Origin: Paraspadella gotoi
Lineage: Eukaryota; Animalia; Chaetognatha
Direction: 5' to 3'
NCBI GenBank assembly: GCA_051294375.1
Contig: CM119266.1
Coordinates: forward strand, 13,877,614-13,941,613
DNA: 64,000 bases
This document shows, piece by piece, positions 25,992 to 38,420 of the stretch. A program made the translations under genes and the position numbers. The notes under the pieces are model-generated. The model saw only the letters and a list, made by a program, of their open reading frames with translations. It had not been told where the DNA came from and did not search any database. The first letter of the stretch is position 1; every line of letters begins with the position of its first letter.

Positions 25992-26522
25992 TTAGGAGAA
26001 AAAAACAATTTATTTGGTTTTTAATCACGAATTTGTATTATTGGTAAGAAACATGTTTCGACTCTTGAGTTTTAGAGTCTTCATCAGTTAATGACAATCA
26101 ATATTTGTTACTCTTTTTAACATTAGTTAGAGAGAGAGAAGAGAGAGAGAGACAGAAAAAGAGGGAGTTTTCCAAAGAAATTGAGGGCAAAGGACAGTGT
26201 CAGATATGAGGACAGTGAGGTAAGATCAGGGGAAGAAGTTGGGTGGAATTGAAATAAGAGAGAGAGAGAGAGAAGAAGAGAGAGAGAGAGACACAGGGTA
26301 AAGAGAAATCTTTAAAACATTTTTTGTAAATGTATAACAATGATAGAGAAATAGAAATAACAAAAACTTAATAGTGTTAAACTAATAGTAAAACAACTTG
26401 TTAAAAATAAATTAAATGAGTTTAAGAAAGTTGAAATTGAAATGGAAAGAATAAGTGAAAGCGGGATAGGTAAGTAAAGAGTTAGTGAAAATTAAGTTGA
26501 GGAAGAAAGAGCTCAAATGAGG
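25992..26522 (-). repeat. Inverted 5' pseudo-LTR copy
   Basis: Reverse complement of 28193-28704, e.g. ttaggagaaaaaaacaatttattt vs aaataaattgttttttctcctaa, and aaagagctcaaatgag vs ctcatttttgagctcttt. Confidence 0.85.
26041..26098 (-). ncRNA. Type I hammerhead ribozyme motif (PLE-associated)
   Basis: The minus strand reads attgtcattaa CTGATGA a GACTC taaaactcaa GAGTC GAAA CATG TTtc ttacc: CUGAUGA core, perfect 5-bp stem II, GAAA, and a palindromic CAUG mini stem III. Confidence 0.8.
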
Positions 26523-28190
26523 ATGGGAAAGCTTTGGCTTCTCTTTTCGATCCATCTCATGGGGCAGAGTCAGTTCTCTTCTGTATCGGAAAGCAGACGA
26601 TACATCCTGGCTGTGGCAAAGGGGATCTCCGTTGAGCCCTTACTAACACAACTTGAAACGGCATCGAGCGAGGTATCAAGTGGACGTGTGAAAAAGAGGA
26701 GAATGGTAAAATTCCAATGCTGCGATGTGCTTATAAAGCGCAAAGAGGTGGCCTCATTGGAGTTTTCTGTCTATCGCAAACCAACCGCATACTGAATCAA
26801 ATACATTCCGCCTTTGATTCGGGCACGGCCCCTTGTCACACAAGCTCGCCACAGTCAGAATCCCTTACCAGGAGAGCTCTTCGGGGGGGTGATTCCGTCG
26901 CCCCCGGACTCCAGGACCCGCCGAGCTTGAGCATGTCAAAAGAGCCTTTGGGTCATGGTTTACCCTCTGTGGGCAATTCGATAAGGCCTAGGTTCCCGGC
27001 AAGAACCAAGCTGAAGGGCAGTCGGCCACCAAGGGGCTGCCCAAGTAGCCCGCTAACCGCAGGTTCAACCCTCCGGCCCACCAAGGAGGAAGACGGGGCC
27101 TTGCTGCTGAAGGACAACCCGCGCCCTCCACAGCGCAAATGGGAAGATAAGCAAGAAGCGTCTCAAGAACGTGGGTCATCTTGTCCCTTCCCTACAACAG
27201 GGGATCAATGGAAGCTTGTGCGGTGCTGCAAAGCAGGGGATATCTCCACCTTCAGTGCGACCCGCGGTTCTCTACGTGAGCAACTGTGAAACCGAGACCA
27301 AAATCCCCAGAACGAAAAACATCAGGCGCCGTCTATTGGGCGGCCTGTGCAGGCAAGGGAAACCAACCCTGCACAGCAACATACGTGGGCGAGACAGGAA
27401 AATCTCTCTCAGGATCGGTTCAAGCAACATACGAAACCTTACCCGTGACTCACGAGGTCACTACCTGGTCCAGCCTATCTCAGAGCCTCTGTAAAGCCTC
27501 TGCCATCTGTTTAGAGAGACGGACCTGCCTCGTCTGTCCCATGACCAAAATTGTTTTCACCGCACGTAATTAGAGAGGCGTATCTACATCAAGAAAGACC
27601 GGTGGCACGATCGAGCCCTCTGCTGAACGTTGATGGAGGACGCTTCGATCTCCCCTCCAAGCTATGATTCGCTTATCAAGTTGGTAGGTCGGAACGCCCC
27701 ATGTATGCCGCGCCACAACTCGCACGGTGATTCCCCTGCCCCAACTCAACTGCGGTCAGCGGAGACCTCCCAGCAGGCAATGGACGACCGTTACCTCTCC
27801 CCGAGCCTGTAGCAAACCTGGCACATGAACTCGCACTTTCTATCATCTACGACTGGGCCGTCGTCCAAGAACGAACGGGCTACAAGAGGAGGGAGTATAT
27901 AAGGCAGTCTGTAGTCTCCTGCACTAGAAGCAGTGCAATCGAACAGCATCGCCACCGTGAGCCGCGTCAGGGTGAGAGGAAGGCACAGTCGCAAGGCTCA
28001 CCACGGCGCAGGAAGAAGGATATTCGAGTGGCGTTAGGCATTTTCCCAGGAGGAAGATATCACTACCAGGTCCCGAAATGTCACACCCACAGTCCCATTA
28101 GTCTTCTAGCCCATGACAAAGCACATGACACCGAGGTCTATCGCAACGTCCCACCTTTGGGCGCGCGAACCGGGGGGGAGGGGAGACGCC
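26520..28190 (+). pseudogene. PLE ORF fragment: RT catalytic motif and thumb, linker, GIY-YIG endonuclease, C-terminal tail (many frameshifts)
   Basis: YRKADDT at 26584-26604; IKWTCEKEENGKIPML-DVLIKRK-LEFSVYRKPT; SLTRRAL; GHLVLPY-like linker; SGAVYWAACAG...CTATYVGETGKSL at 27322-27408; REA-IYIKK...LNVDGG...SYDSLIK near 27575-27680. Confidence 0.88.
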
Positions 28191-28192
28191 AG

Positions 28193-28704
28193 CTCATTTT
28201 TGAGCTCTTTCTATATATCACTTAATTATGTCACTAACGTCTTAACTTACCATATCCCACTTCTCTATTCAATTTCAACTTCTTTAACTTGCATTTATTT
28301 TCTGTTCTCTTAGTTTATAATTAAGTTTTGTTATTCATTTCTCTTCATTGTTATACCTTATGATAAAAGATTTTTTCCTCTTGACCTGTGTCTCTCATCT
28401 TCTCTCGCTCTCTATTATTCAAATTTCAGCCCACTTCTTGCCCTGAGATCTCTAAAAAACCTTCACCGTCTCATATTCTGACCACTGTCCTTTGCGTACA
28501 ATTCTTATGGTTGGAAAACTCGCCTGCTTTTTCCTGATTCCCTCTCTCTCTCTCTTCTCTCTCTCTCTAACCTAATGTTAAAGAGTAAAAATATTGATTG
28601 TCATAACTTGATGAAGGACTTCCAAAACTCAAGAGGTGAAACATGTCTTACGAAATAAACAAAATTCGTTGATAAAAAACTAAATAAATTGTTTTTTCTC
28701 CTAA
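28193..28704 (+). repeat. 3' pseudo-LTR / 3' UTR of the PLE
   Basis: Follows the ORF tail, is the inverted partner of 25992-26522, and ends 7 bp before a 25-N gap. Confidence 0.85.
28597..28655 (+). ncRNA. Sense copy of the hammerhead motif (noisy)
   Basis: attgtcataa cttgatga ag gacttc caaaactcaa gaggt gaaa catg tc ttacg; retains GAAACATGTC with a GUC triplet at 28645-28647. Core and stem II carry indels relative to the left copy. Confidence 0.6.
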
Positions 28705-29342
28705 GTTAACGNNNNNNNNNNNNNNNNNNNNNNNNNCATTTTGCTCCTTTAAAAAGATGATATCATGAGGCAGTTGAGTCAGTTCGGTTCCTCGTTCGTT
28801 CTCATTCACGAAAACAATGCAATTAGCTTTCGGTTTCTGTTAGCGTTTTCTGATGCGTGCTATGGATGAGTAGAAACAAAAATTTTCACCATCGCTATCA
28901 ACTATTGGAGCATTCAAAGATAATATTTCCTTTAAAATTAACTAATTTATTAAAAGGATCATAAACCGAGAAAAGAACAACGACGCCAAGCTAAACCCAA
29001 CAATGAACCGCAACCTCAAGAACAAAACGACAAAGAACAACACAACTCGACTTCCTTGAGCCTCGGAACGACCGACCGACCGACCAGCCTCCATAAAAGC
29101 GAAATTCGCCGGGTTGTTTGTCTTGATCTCGATTTAAGCCTTCTCCTCCTTCCATCGGGGTAATTCTTCTTTTCCTCACCCTGCCGGACGAAGTTGCAAG
29201 CAACTTTTAGGCCTTACCTTTTCAGAGTGATCGTTTTTATTCTTAACCGCCTAATGTTAATGAACGCTTCGTTATGAACAGTTTTCCGTTTAAAATGGGA
29301 AGCGTTGTCGTCAATTAAAATATCCTAAAAAGAAGAACGTAA

Positions 29343-29475
29343 GAGAGTCTTGATAAAAATCTTGCAGGGTCCTGCCATGATATTTCCTAGTAACAGGGAT
29401 TGAGGTCTTTACCCACCATAGCCTGTCCAAAATCAAAAGCCTAGATAGCCTAATTATTGTATGAAAGTTTAATGT
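29343..29475 (+). repeat. Dispersed ~150-bp repeat, copy 2
   Basis: gagagtcttgataaaaatcttgcagggtcctgcc...gcctgtccaaaatca...tagcc aligns almost without gaps to 15584-15720 and differs by substitutions. Confidence 0.75.
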
Positions 29476-29894
29476 TTACATTCAACCCGATTTTTCATCT
29501 TCTACTCTTTCCATTTCACTCTCTTTTTATCCTTCACCCCCTCCATCCCCCCACTACACTTCCGTCCTGAGGATTCGCTTCTCACCAACAACTCCGCCAT
29601 GGGTCTTGGGGGGATTTGTCGTAAATATCGATAAAGCGGTTCTCTCTCTCNNNNNNNNNNNNNNNNNNNNNNNNNNNNNNNNNNNNNNNNNNNNNNNNNN
29701 NNNNNNNNNNNNNNNNNNNNNNNNNNNNNNNNNNNNNNNNNNNNNNNNNNNNNNNNNNNNNNNNNNNNNNNNNNNNNNNNNNNNNNNNNNNNNNNNNNNN
29801 NNNNNNNNNNNNNNNNNNNNNNNNNNNNNNNNNNNNNNNNNNNNNNNNNNNNNNNNNNNNNNNNNNNNNNNNNNNNNNNNNNNNNNNNNNNNNN

Positions 29895-30176
29895 TCTCTC
29901 TCTCTCTCTCTCTATCCCTCTCTCTCTTATTCGGATAGTTGCTGGCGTGGCTTATTCCTTCCGAGTTGAGGTCGAATGTTCCTTTGTTTGTTTTGATTCG
30001 TTATTTTCGGTCGAATCGATCAGATTCGTTATTTCGGTTAAACCTTTTTCCAAGTTTCTCACTTCTTTTTTTTTCTTTTTTCTTTTTTTCTTTATTTCTT
30101 TATTTCTTTATTTCTTTATTTCTTTATTTCTTTATTTCTTTATTTCTTTATTTCTTTATTTCTTTATTTCTTTATT

Positions 30177-30208
<32 letters not shown>

Positions 30209-31399
30209 TCCTTTTACCCGTTTTTAAACGTTCTCACTTTCGTTTTCTTTTACGGCGCTACAGTTCCCCTTTTCCCCTCCCACAACGTGAAACAAATGGA
30301 GTAAAAAAATCCATTTAAGTTCATTAGCGCCGTCGCCCTTGTGGCAGACGTGGTCGATAAGGGGCCAGGGGCTTCGGCCCTAGGAGTCGGCATGTTCTAA
30401 CCAATAACCGTGCAATAAATTCAGCAATTACCCGNNNNNNNNNNNNNNNNNNNNNNNNNGAGGAGGGGGAGAAAACGTTGTTAGGCCAACATGTCGTTTG
30501 GGTGGCATATCCCGGTAGTATAGGAAATGTATGTCAGTTCAGGACCTCGGGACACGCGGTGCACAAGATATATGATTGAGTCGAGATGCACTATTCAGGA
30601 CAATTTGATGGCAGTTTTCTGTGTAGCAACTTTGTTTTCCGGTTAGTCTAAGATACGAAAGAGTCCGTTTATGTGTGCTAGCGGGATAACGGATTGATTA
30701 GCATGAGCAGTAAGGCCTCAAGAAGATCAAAGGCAGGTCTCGGGGTAGATTAGAACCGGTTTACGGCGTGTCGGGTAATTGCTGAAGTTTAAGTATTGCA
30801 CGTCTTGTCATCGAGGTATTCACGGGGCACTTATTGGTTAAAGAAGAAACAATATGTCGGAATACACATCCTAGGCCCCGATAAGCCCCGGGCGCCGACC
30901 TGGCGCCCCCCAGTTATACCCAGGAGACCTACGTTCTGCGCCCCACAGGGCGGCGGTGAGGGACGGAGGGCGCTTAATTGAACTTTAAAAAAAATGGAAA
31001 ATTTTTTTTTTTTTTTTTTTTTTTTAAATAATTTAAAAATAAACGTTCCAGCATTTGTTATCAAACACACACCAAAAATATCATCACGTTGGTGGGAGGG
31101 GGTGAAAGGGGTGAAGAGGAACAGTGTGGTAGCATGGAAGCGCCCCGGTAAAAACGAAAACGAAAGTGAGAAATAAGACACGTTTAATAGAAAAATGTAA
31201 GAGAGGTATGTGAGGAATTACTAGTTCAGATGAAAAACTGTGGGGTTAAAAGGAAAGAAAGAAATAAAATAGAAATAAGAAAAGAAAAGAAATACAAAGA
31301 AAGAAAGGCATCTGGCGGATCAGGTGTGAAAGAGGTATAAGAAGAAGAAGGAAAGAAGAAAGAAAGAACAGAAAAGAAAAAGAAAAGAAAAAAAAAAAA

Positions 31400-31438
<39 letters not shown>

Positions 31439-31830
31439 AAGATAAAAATAGATAATAAATAGGAAATAAAATTTAAAGAATATAAAGAAATTAGAGGAAG
31501 AGATAAATAATAAGAATTAAAATAAAAAAAATAAAAAAAAAGAATATTGAGGAATAAAAAGGAAATAACAAGAAAATAAAGAATAAGAATAATAAGAAAT
31601 ATAAAAGAATAAGAAAAAAAAGAAAAAAAGAGAAAAAAAAAAAAAAAAAAAAGAAAGTGAGGACGTTGGGGTAAATAGGTTTTAATACAACGAGCGCGCC
31701 TAACCCGACGGAAAGTAAACGATTCTGATCGATTTCGGAACGAAATAACGATCAAAACACAAACAAGGAACATTGCGAACCTCAACTCGGAAGGATTAAG
31801 CCACGCCAGCACTATCCAATAAGAGAGAGA
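29895..31830. repeat. Fold-back across the 25-N gap at 30435-30459: 29895-30434 versus an insertion-rich inverted copy at about 30772-31830
   Basis: gctggcgtggcttattccttccgagttgagg (29941) vs cctcaactcggaaggattaagccacgccagc (31780); tcagcaattacccg (30421) vs cgggtaattgctga (30772). Confidence 0.9.
30090..30210. repeat. Compound microsatellite (TTTATTTC)n grading into (TTTC)n
   Basis: Direct reading. Confidence 0.95.
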
Positions 31831-32711
31831 GGGTGATAGAGAGAGAGAGAGAGAGAGGAGAAGAGAGAGAGAGAGAGAGAGAGAAGAGGAGAGGAGAGCT
31901 AAAGGAGGAAAAAGTAAAGGAGGAAGTAAGGAAATTGACGTGTTAGAAAGGGGGAAAGGAAGTAGGGTGGGTGAAGAGATGGAGAGGAGAGAGATAGAGA
32001 GGAAGAGAGAGAGAAAGAAGTAAGGAGAGAGAGAGAGAAAGAAGGAGAGAAGAGAGTAGAGAGAAGAAGAAGAGAGAGATGAGGAGAGGAGAGATTAGAG
32101 AGAGAGAGAAGGAGAGACAGAGAGACATGTTGCGTCGCCCAAGCACACGTTATGTCTTCAATCAGTCACATAATATTACATTCGGATTGAATTAGAATGG
32201 GAGGGCCCTTATTTAGGAAGTGCAAAGCAGGTGCCTGAGCAAGGTTTTAGTTTAGTATAATAGGACGTGGTATTTCGAGAGTGAACAAAAACCGATAGCA
32301 TCAGGAAAATTCCTCTGAAGGTGAATTAGGCAACCCCCCGAGGGGGGAAGCGGGGTGCGCAGGGTGGTTGAATAAATGGGCGATGATGACCCGCGCGCCC
32401 GAGAGCGGGCGGAGTCCTTTCCATCCTTTCAACTTTGAGGACGAATCAGATGTTAGAGGAAAAGGTGAGAGAAAAGAGGAGAGGGAGGAATGAGTTTGTA
32501 AAAGGAGGTTGGAAATGAGGTGAGGCGGTTAGGAAGGTAAGGTTTATTCAATGTATGATAATAGTAGATGAGTAGAAAAAATACTTATTTCTGTCTTTTC
32601 TCAGTCTTTTCTCTCTCTTTCTCTCTATCTCTCTCTCTCTCTCTCTCTCAAAATAATAGACTACTTCTACTTGTACAAAAAAAATACAGAAAGCAAATGA
32701 GAAAGAAAAAA

Positions 32712-32734
32712 ACAAAGAAAGAAAGAAAGAAATA

Positions 32735-32810
<76 letters not shown>

Positions 32811-32856
32811 ACGAACGAACGAACGAACGAACGAACGAACGAACGAACGAACGAAC
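32712..32856. repeat. Compound microsatellite (GAAA)n-(GAAC)n
   Basis: Direct reading. Confidence 0.95.
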
Positions 32857-33880
32857 CTATTAAGAGATTAAGAAAGAAAATACAGAGTCGGGGGGTAAAG
32901 CTTAGAGGAGTGAAGACCGCTTCCCTCCGCGCGCCAAGGGAAACGGCTTTCAATAATGCAGGGAACAAAGAGAGAAGGAAGCNNNNNNNNNNNNNNNNNN
33001 NNNNNNNNNNNNNNNNNNNNNNNNNNNNNNNNNNNNNNNNNNNNNNNNNNNNNNNNNNNNNNNNNNNNNNNNNNNNNNNNNNNNNNNNNNNNNNNNNNNN
33101 NNNNNNNNNNNNNNNNNNNNNNNNNNNNNNNNNNNNNNNNNNNNNNNNTTTTTCATGATTAGCTTTCAAGAGGAAGCCAACGAGAATTTCATTAATCAAA
33201 ATTACGCGGGTGATTTAGAGAGACGAGGAGGGAAAAATTAAATCACGGAGAGACTTACACGAATTAGATTTATTTTTCACTTTGATAATAGTTTATTGAT
33301 TATGCGCGATTAGCGTGGGATTTAATATTGAAAAAAAAAAATTAAATGTAGTTTATTCGCGGATTTGGATTAGGATGATCGGTTTATATTATAAAATGAA
33401 TTATGAGTTAAGGTCATTTTTTTTTCTAACTCTTTTTGTCAAAACGAACTTTTTTTAAAAAAATGTTTCAAAATCATTGTTTTACTAAAAGAGTGAATTT
33501 TTTTTCCACTTTTCTTCCCAAAACTTNNNNNNNNNNNNNNNNNNNNNNNNNTTTTCATTTATTATCTTACTTAGCTTACAGTATTTGTGGTAATTATTCT
33601 TTTTTTTCATATTATTAATCATTAAATCGTTTGTTTATGTTTACCGTTCTTCTTAATCAACGTCTGCTTATCTTTCCAGCGGGGCTTAGTCCTGATTCAC
33701 CCATTTTCTTTTATCAAACTCAGCCCATCGTTCATAAATCACCTTTTTGCTTTCTTCCTTCTCTCGCTCTTTATCGTTATCCCGTAATTTGGGTCTTTTC
33801 CCGCCCTTCTTTTTGTTATATTTTTCTTTTCATTTCTTTCTTTTTTTTTTTCTTTCTCTTCTTTCCCTACTAATTTTTAG

Positions 33881-34501
33881 GCATGCTTGTTGCAAATCTC
33901 TCTCTGACAACTCATCCACCTGACCTCCAAAATCGATCCAACCCGCGACGATTCAACTCTTTTCTCCTGAGTGGCGACTAACCTACTTCCGTTTCGATTA
34001 CCCATCTGCGTCCTGCGCATGCGCGGATCCACCGAGAACTCGCCTGGAATAAACGTCAGCTCTGATTCAATCAATTTTCTTTTGTTTGACCAGGAAGAAG
34101 ATTGTTCGGCTCCTGAGAGAAAGAATCGAAAGCAAAACGCAACAATCATCGCCTCTCTTGGTGCCGACTTCTCTACCAACTTGGCTGCCACTCCTCCAAA
34201 CAGCCACCCCAAACGCCATCTATGAGTCCTCTTACATGCCACGCCTCCCAGTCGCCCCACGCGTCGCTCCTCGCCGTCACCAACACCTTCCGGTTCCATC
34301 CATCAGACTTTTTCGTGTTTCTTTTTATCCCCACCTATTTTTTTCTTTCTTTTTTTTTTCGTCTCCTGATGAAGAAGGAAAGAGAAAACCGTTGGCCTCT
34401 GGATTCTGCATCGATAAAGGAGGCGGCGACCGCTGCGGCCGCTACTGCCGCTGCAGGGTCGATGGGCGCGGCAACGGTGGCGGTAACGACATGGGGTAAC
34501 G
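33881..34501 (+). CDS. Candidate exon(s), possibly continuing the large gene; helical, non-low-complexity segment
   Basis: Pyrimidine tract plus ctaat...tttAG at 33880. Stitched frames give ACLLQISL-QLIHLTSKIDPTRDDSTLFS-EWRLTYFRFDY-HLRPAHARIHRELAWNKRQL-IQSIFFCLTRKKIVRLLRERIESK and later KEAATAAAATAAAG. Donor G|GTAGGA at 34502. Several frameshifts are needed. Confidence 0.45.
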
Positions 34502-34724
34502 GTAGGAAACATTGTATTTATTTAAGTTGTCATGTTTTGTGTTTTGATTAACCACTACACTGTTTGTTTTTTAATCTCTCTCAGGTCTCTCGATCTCTCT
34601 CATCTTCCAGACATTCATCTCGGTATCAATCATCTCTCTCTTCGCATCTCTCTCTGCACAAGTGCTCATCTCTCCTCATCTCTTATTTTTCAAACCTTCT
34701 CTCACTCTCTCTCTCTCTGAGAGA

Positions 34725-35600
34725 ATATTTTACGATGCGAAGCGACGGTATTTCACGGAGGTCCGGATTTTCATCGAATTTTTCTTTTTAGCGAATTCGT
34801 CCAATTGCGTAAGATTTCACCTTTAAAATATCCCGTGCGAAAGACGGATCGGCTAACGCATTTAGGGTCCAAATACAAATTAGACATCATACGGCGCCGC
34901 TAGGATTAACGGACCTGAATCGGCGCCGCAAACGATGAATTACATCAGAGCGCCCGGAATTAACGAGTGGACTGCCTTGATCGCGGCGCGAAACAAGAAT
35001 AAGACTCTGCGGCGGACGATTTACCGGACCGGATCCGGCTGCGCATCGACGAAGCCAGGGGACTGTTGGACTTTGTGACAGGCGTCGATCCTTCCCTTAA
35101 TAAGAAGCTCCATGGCGTTCTTTAAGATTTTTTCATTTCCCTTTCTTTTGTTTTTTAGAATTCTTATTTTTGTATTTTTCAAATATTATTTTCCCTTATT
35201 TATCTCCGTTATAAATTTTACGGTCGTTTAAAAAATCCAAAATAATATGAATATTTTTTCTTCATTAACAAGTATCTTTGCGCGAGCTGTGCACCCTTTA
35301 GGCGATAAATGCCAGTAAAATACATTCTATATTTCTTCAGTCTTCACACGTTTACTTTTATTTACAACTTGTTAATTTGGAAAGATTCTTGACACCCATT
35401 TTAGGCGATTATGTGAATCTAGCGCAATACATTCTAATTAGGCTTATTCTTCAGTCTTCAACAAACGTTTTTTAACTATTCTTATATATTTTAAAATTTT
35501 TTTACTACAGCCGATATGACCGCCAATATATCCTATTAAATAAATAATCAGGAAATGGCTCAGACCATAAACGTTCTGCAAGTCTCGTATTTTTATATTC
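34725..35600 (+). repeat. Noisy direct copy of about 38357-39080
   Basis: atgcgaagcgacggtatt...ggaggtccgg...ggcgtcgatccttcccttaataagaagctccatggcg is present at both sites. Confidence 0.9.
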
Positions 35601-38420
35601 TCAACCATACAACATCAACAACAACAAAACACTTCCGTCGACCCTGGGGGAGAATTGTAAAAAGTCAATCTAGAAAGGCACCAATACGTAGGTTTGATTC
35701 CCATGGACGAGAGGTATGAGCCTATTATGCACGCAATATACCCTCCTTATGATATTAAAACATCAATCGCACCATCCCTCGAAAATTACTGCTACATCTT
35801 ACCCTCATACATCACTCATTCTTTTGCGGCTTATCAATTCCCAGGTAAACTTCTCGCAAAGATTTACGGCGCATAATCTTGTATGGTATCAGTTCATGCC
35901 GTGTTTAAACCGAGAAAAGAAAGCGCGCGAACACCCAACTGCGTAAAAGCGCGTTTTCCGTTAATGAAACTGTGGGTCCCGAGAAAGACGCGCGGCTGCC
36001 ACGAAACCAGCTGCCAAATAGATATTCTTTATCCCACATCATGTACCGTAGATTCACGTCTTATGCTATTATTTATTGTGTGGTTATGAATGCAGTTGGC
36101 AGGACCAGAAAGTTAAAAAACTTACTTTCGAAAAAAATTCAAGAAACCTAAAAACTAAACGTTAAAATAAAACGAAAACAAAAATGTTTTATCTAAAAAT
36201 AAAAAAAATGAATTGTAAAAATTGTCGTCGTCCGTCGCCGTCGTGCCCAGAAGGATGAAGATGCGGACGAAACGGAAAAAGCTTATGCGAAATATTAATC
36301 GAAAAGGAAACTTTTTCTTACGTCTCCTCAACTCTTCGTCGCTGGTTTTTCTTACCTTCTATTTGAACAGTTATGCATTCGTTGCAGTCCCGACTGCCAC
36401 CATCTTCTTTCTTACTATTTCCGCTCTTTCCTCATTCTCCTACCTCACCCCTTCTTACCTCCAGGAACGTCGTTGTCTACTTTTTTTCGCTCGAAAAAAA
36501 CTAACCCCTTGTGAATTAAAAAAGAAAGAGTGGGCAGGATCTGCCCACTTTTCCTTTTTTTTGGATTGCTTTGCTTTCCCATTCCTTCCTTGGGTTGCTT
36601 TCCTCCTCTCTTTTAATCTGGTGTATCCTTTTTCTTGATTGCTTGGCAGTTTAACTCCATCCTAATTTCGCTATTCCTTCTTCTCTTCTCTACTTTCTTT
36701 TCTTCATTCAATCGTGTCTTATTTCGTAGAAACACTAGCGAAATTTATTTTCCCAAAAAAACGAAACGTTTATATCGCGCCCCCAAAGAAGCCGGTCCCT
36801 ATTTTTCGGCGAGGAAAAAATAAAATGAAAACAAGAAAGGAACCGAAGCGAGTGAAAAGTAAAAAAAGAATCGCTCAACAAAATGTTAGAATAACGTTTA
36901 CCGCCACTTAGGTTCTTTGGCCATTACTATACCGCTCCTAGCCCTTCACCGACTCCCTCCGTCGCCAGCCTCCAGGGCTCAACCGGACGGAAACACTGTT
37001 CTTTTTCTTAAACCCCCCTGCCTTTTTTTTTTCCTCTCTTTTTCCCCAAAAAAAGGCGCCTATTGAATTGCAGATTGATTTCATTGTGATTTGTAAAACA
37101 AAACTCGACCCGCGAGTTCCTTCGAAACGCTTCAAAGTTATTTTGGCACGCCGAGGGTTGCCAAGGGGCCGGTGGGGGCGGGGGGGGGCCGGGTGGGGCC
37201 CGGGGGTGGGCTCCTTATGGTGGTAGTGGAGGACATCGGCGAGAGGTTTGTTCTCAGCTATTAATTCCGTGTTGTCTTAATTTTCCTTGGCGTGGGGCAG
37301 CAGGATGCCGCTGGCGTCTTTGCGGAGTAAACTTGCTTGGAGAGGATGCAGAGTTAGGAACTTAGGAGAAAAGGTTAATAGAGATCGATACTTCTCGTCA
37401 AGTGCCAAAGGCAAAGGATTACATGATGTAGGACCTAAAACTGGAGCGAGTGCCTTTCCGCAAAGGAGTGAGGACGCAGCGCAGCAGAAATGCGATACAC
37501 ACGAATATTACATTCGATGCAAAGTCAACCAGACCCCCAACGCGAGCGACAGAAAGAGAGAGAGAGAGACAGAGTATCCCAAAATGAGCATTAAGAAAGA
37601 AGACGACCGAGAGCAGACGAGCAGGAGAGTACAATATGAGAGAACGATGAAGAGAAGGGCAAGAGAAAGGTATTTTGAAAGAATTAGAGGAACTAGAGAG
37701 AGGAGAGGAGAGGAAGAGAAGAAGAGAGAAGAGAAGAGAAGAAGAGAGAGAGAGAGAGAAGAAAGAGAGGAGAGAGAAGATGAACAAAAAACGCCACGCA
37801 AAGTCTAGGAAGGCGCGGCAGTTGTTTAAATCAGGATTGGCGCTTTTCTTGCTCTCACGTTTAATAGCAATTCGGTTTAGCACGAAACGATCAACAATAA
37901 AAAACAAAAAGTTTAAATAACTTTATAATATAAAAGAAATGAATTAAGAGTTTATATCCAGAGTTTTATAGAAAATGCGACCACAGAATTCGTTCTCATC
38001 TATTGCGAATTTACAATTTCTCGTACATTGTAGCCAAAGACTAAATACTGTGAGACTACTCTTAAAAAAATAATTAATTCTTTCGTTTAACAGAAACCCC
38101 CACGAATGCAGTCAATTCTGGCGTCAAATCTCTTGCCGTGTTGGATTTTTAATGTTTAATTTTATAATATAAATAATCATCAATAAAAAAATTCATTACA
38201 AATAGACGTCATGAAGCCTCCTAGCGAAAAAAAATAAAGGTTCCACTACAACAGCGCGCCTTCATCCGTGAAAAAACTCGCCCCTCGTTAGGTGGCAGCG
38301 CGTCGGCGGTCGAAATTCAATCAAGCGCCTGNNNNNNNNNNNNNNNNNNNNNNNNNATTTTAACATGCGAAGCGACGGTATTTTACGGAGGTCCGGTTTT
38401 CATCGAATTTTTCTTTTTAG

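Larger units (their letters stand above)
25992..28704 (+). mobile_element. 5'-truncated Penelope-like retroelement (PLE) with inverted pseudo-LTRs
   Basis: RT and GIY-YIG motifs at 26520-27690, flanked by ~520-bp inverted repeats (25992-26522 and 28193-28704) that carry hammerhead motifs. This is the architecture known for Penelope-like elements. Confidence 0.88.

Noticed and set aside
35650-38331. Novel coding content or unique sequence
   Set aside because: It continues a noisy duplicate up to a 25-N gap and shows only scattered anchors to 39-42 kb; quality is too low to interpret.
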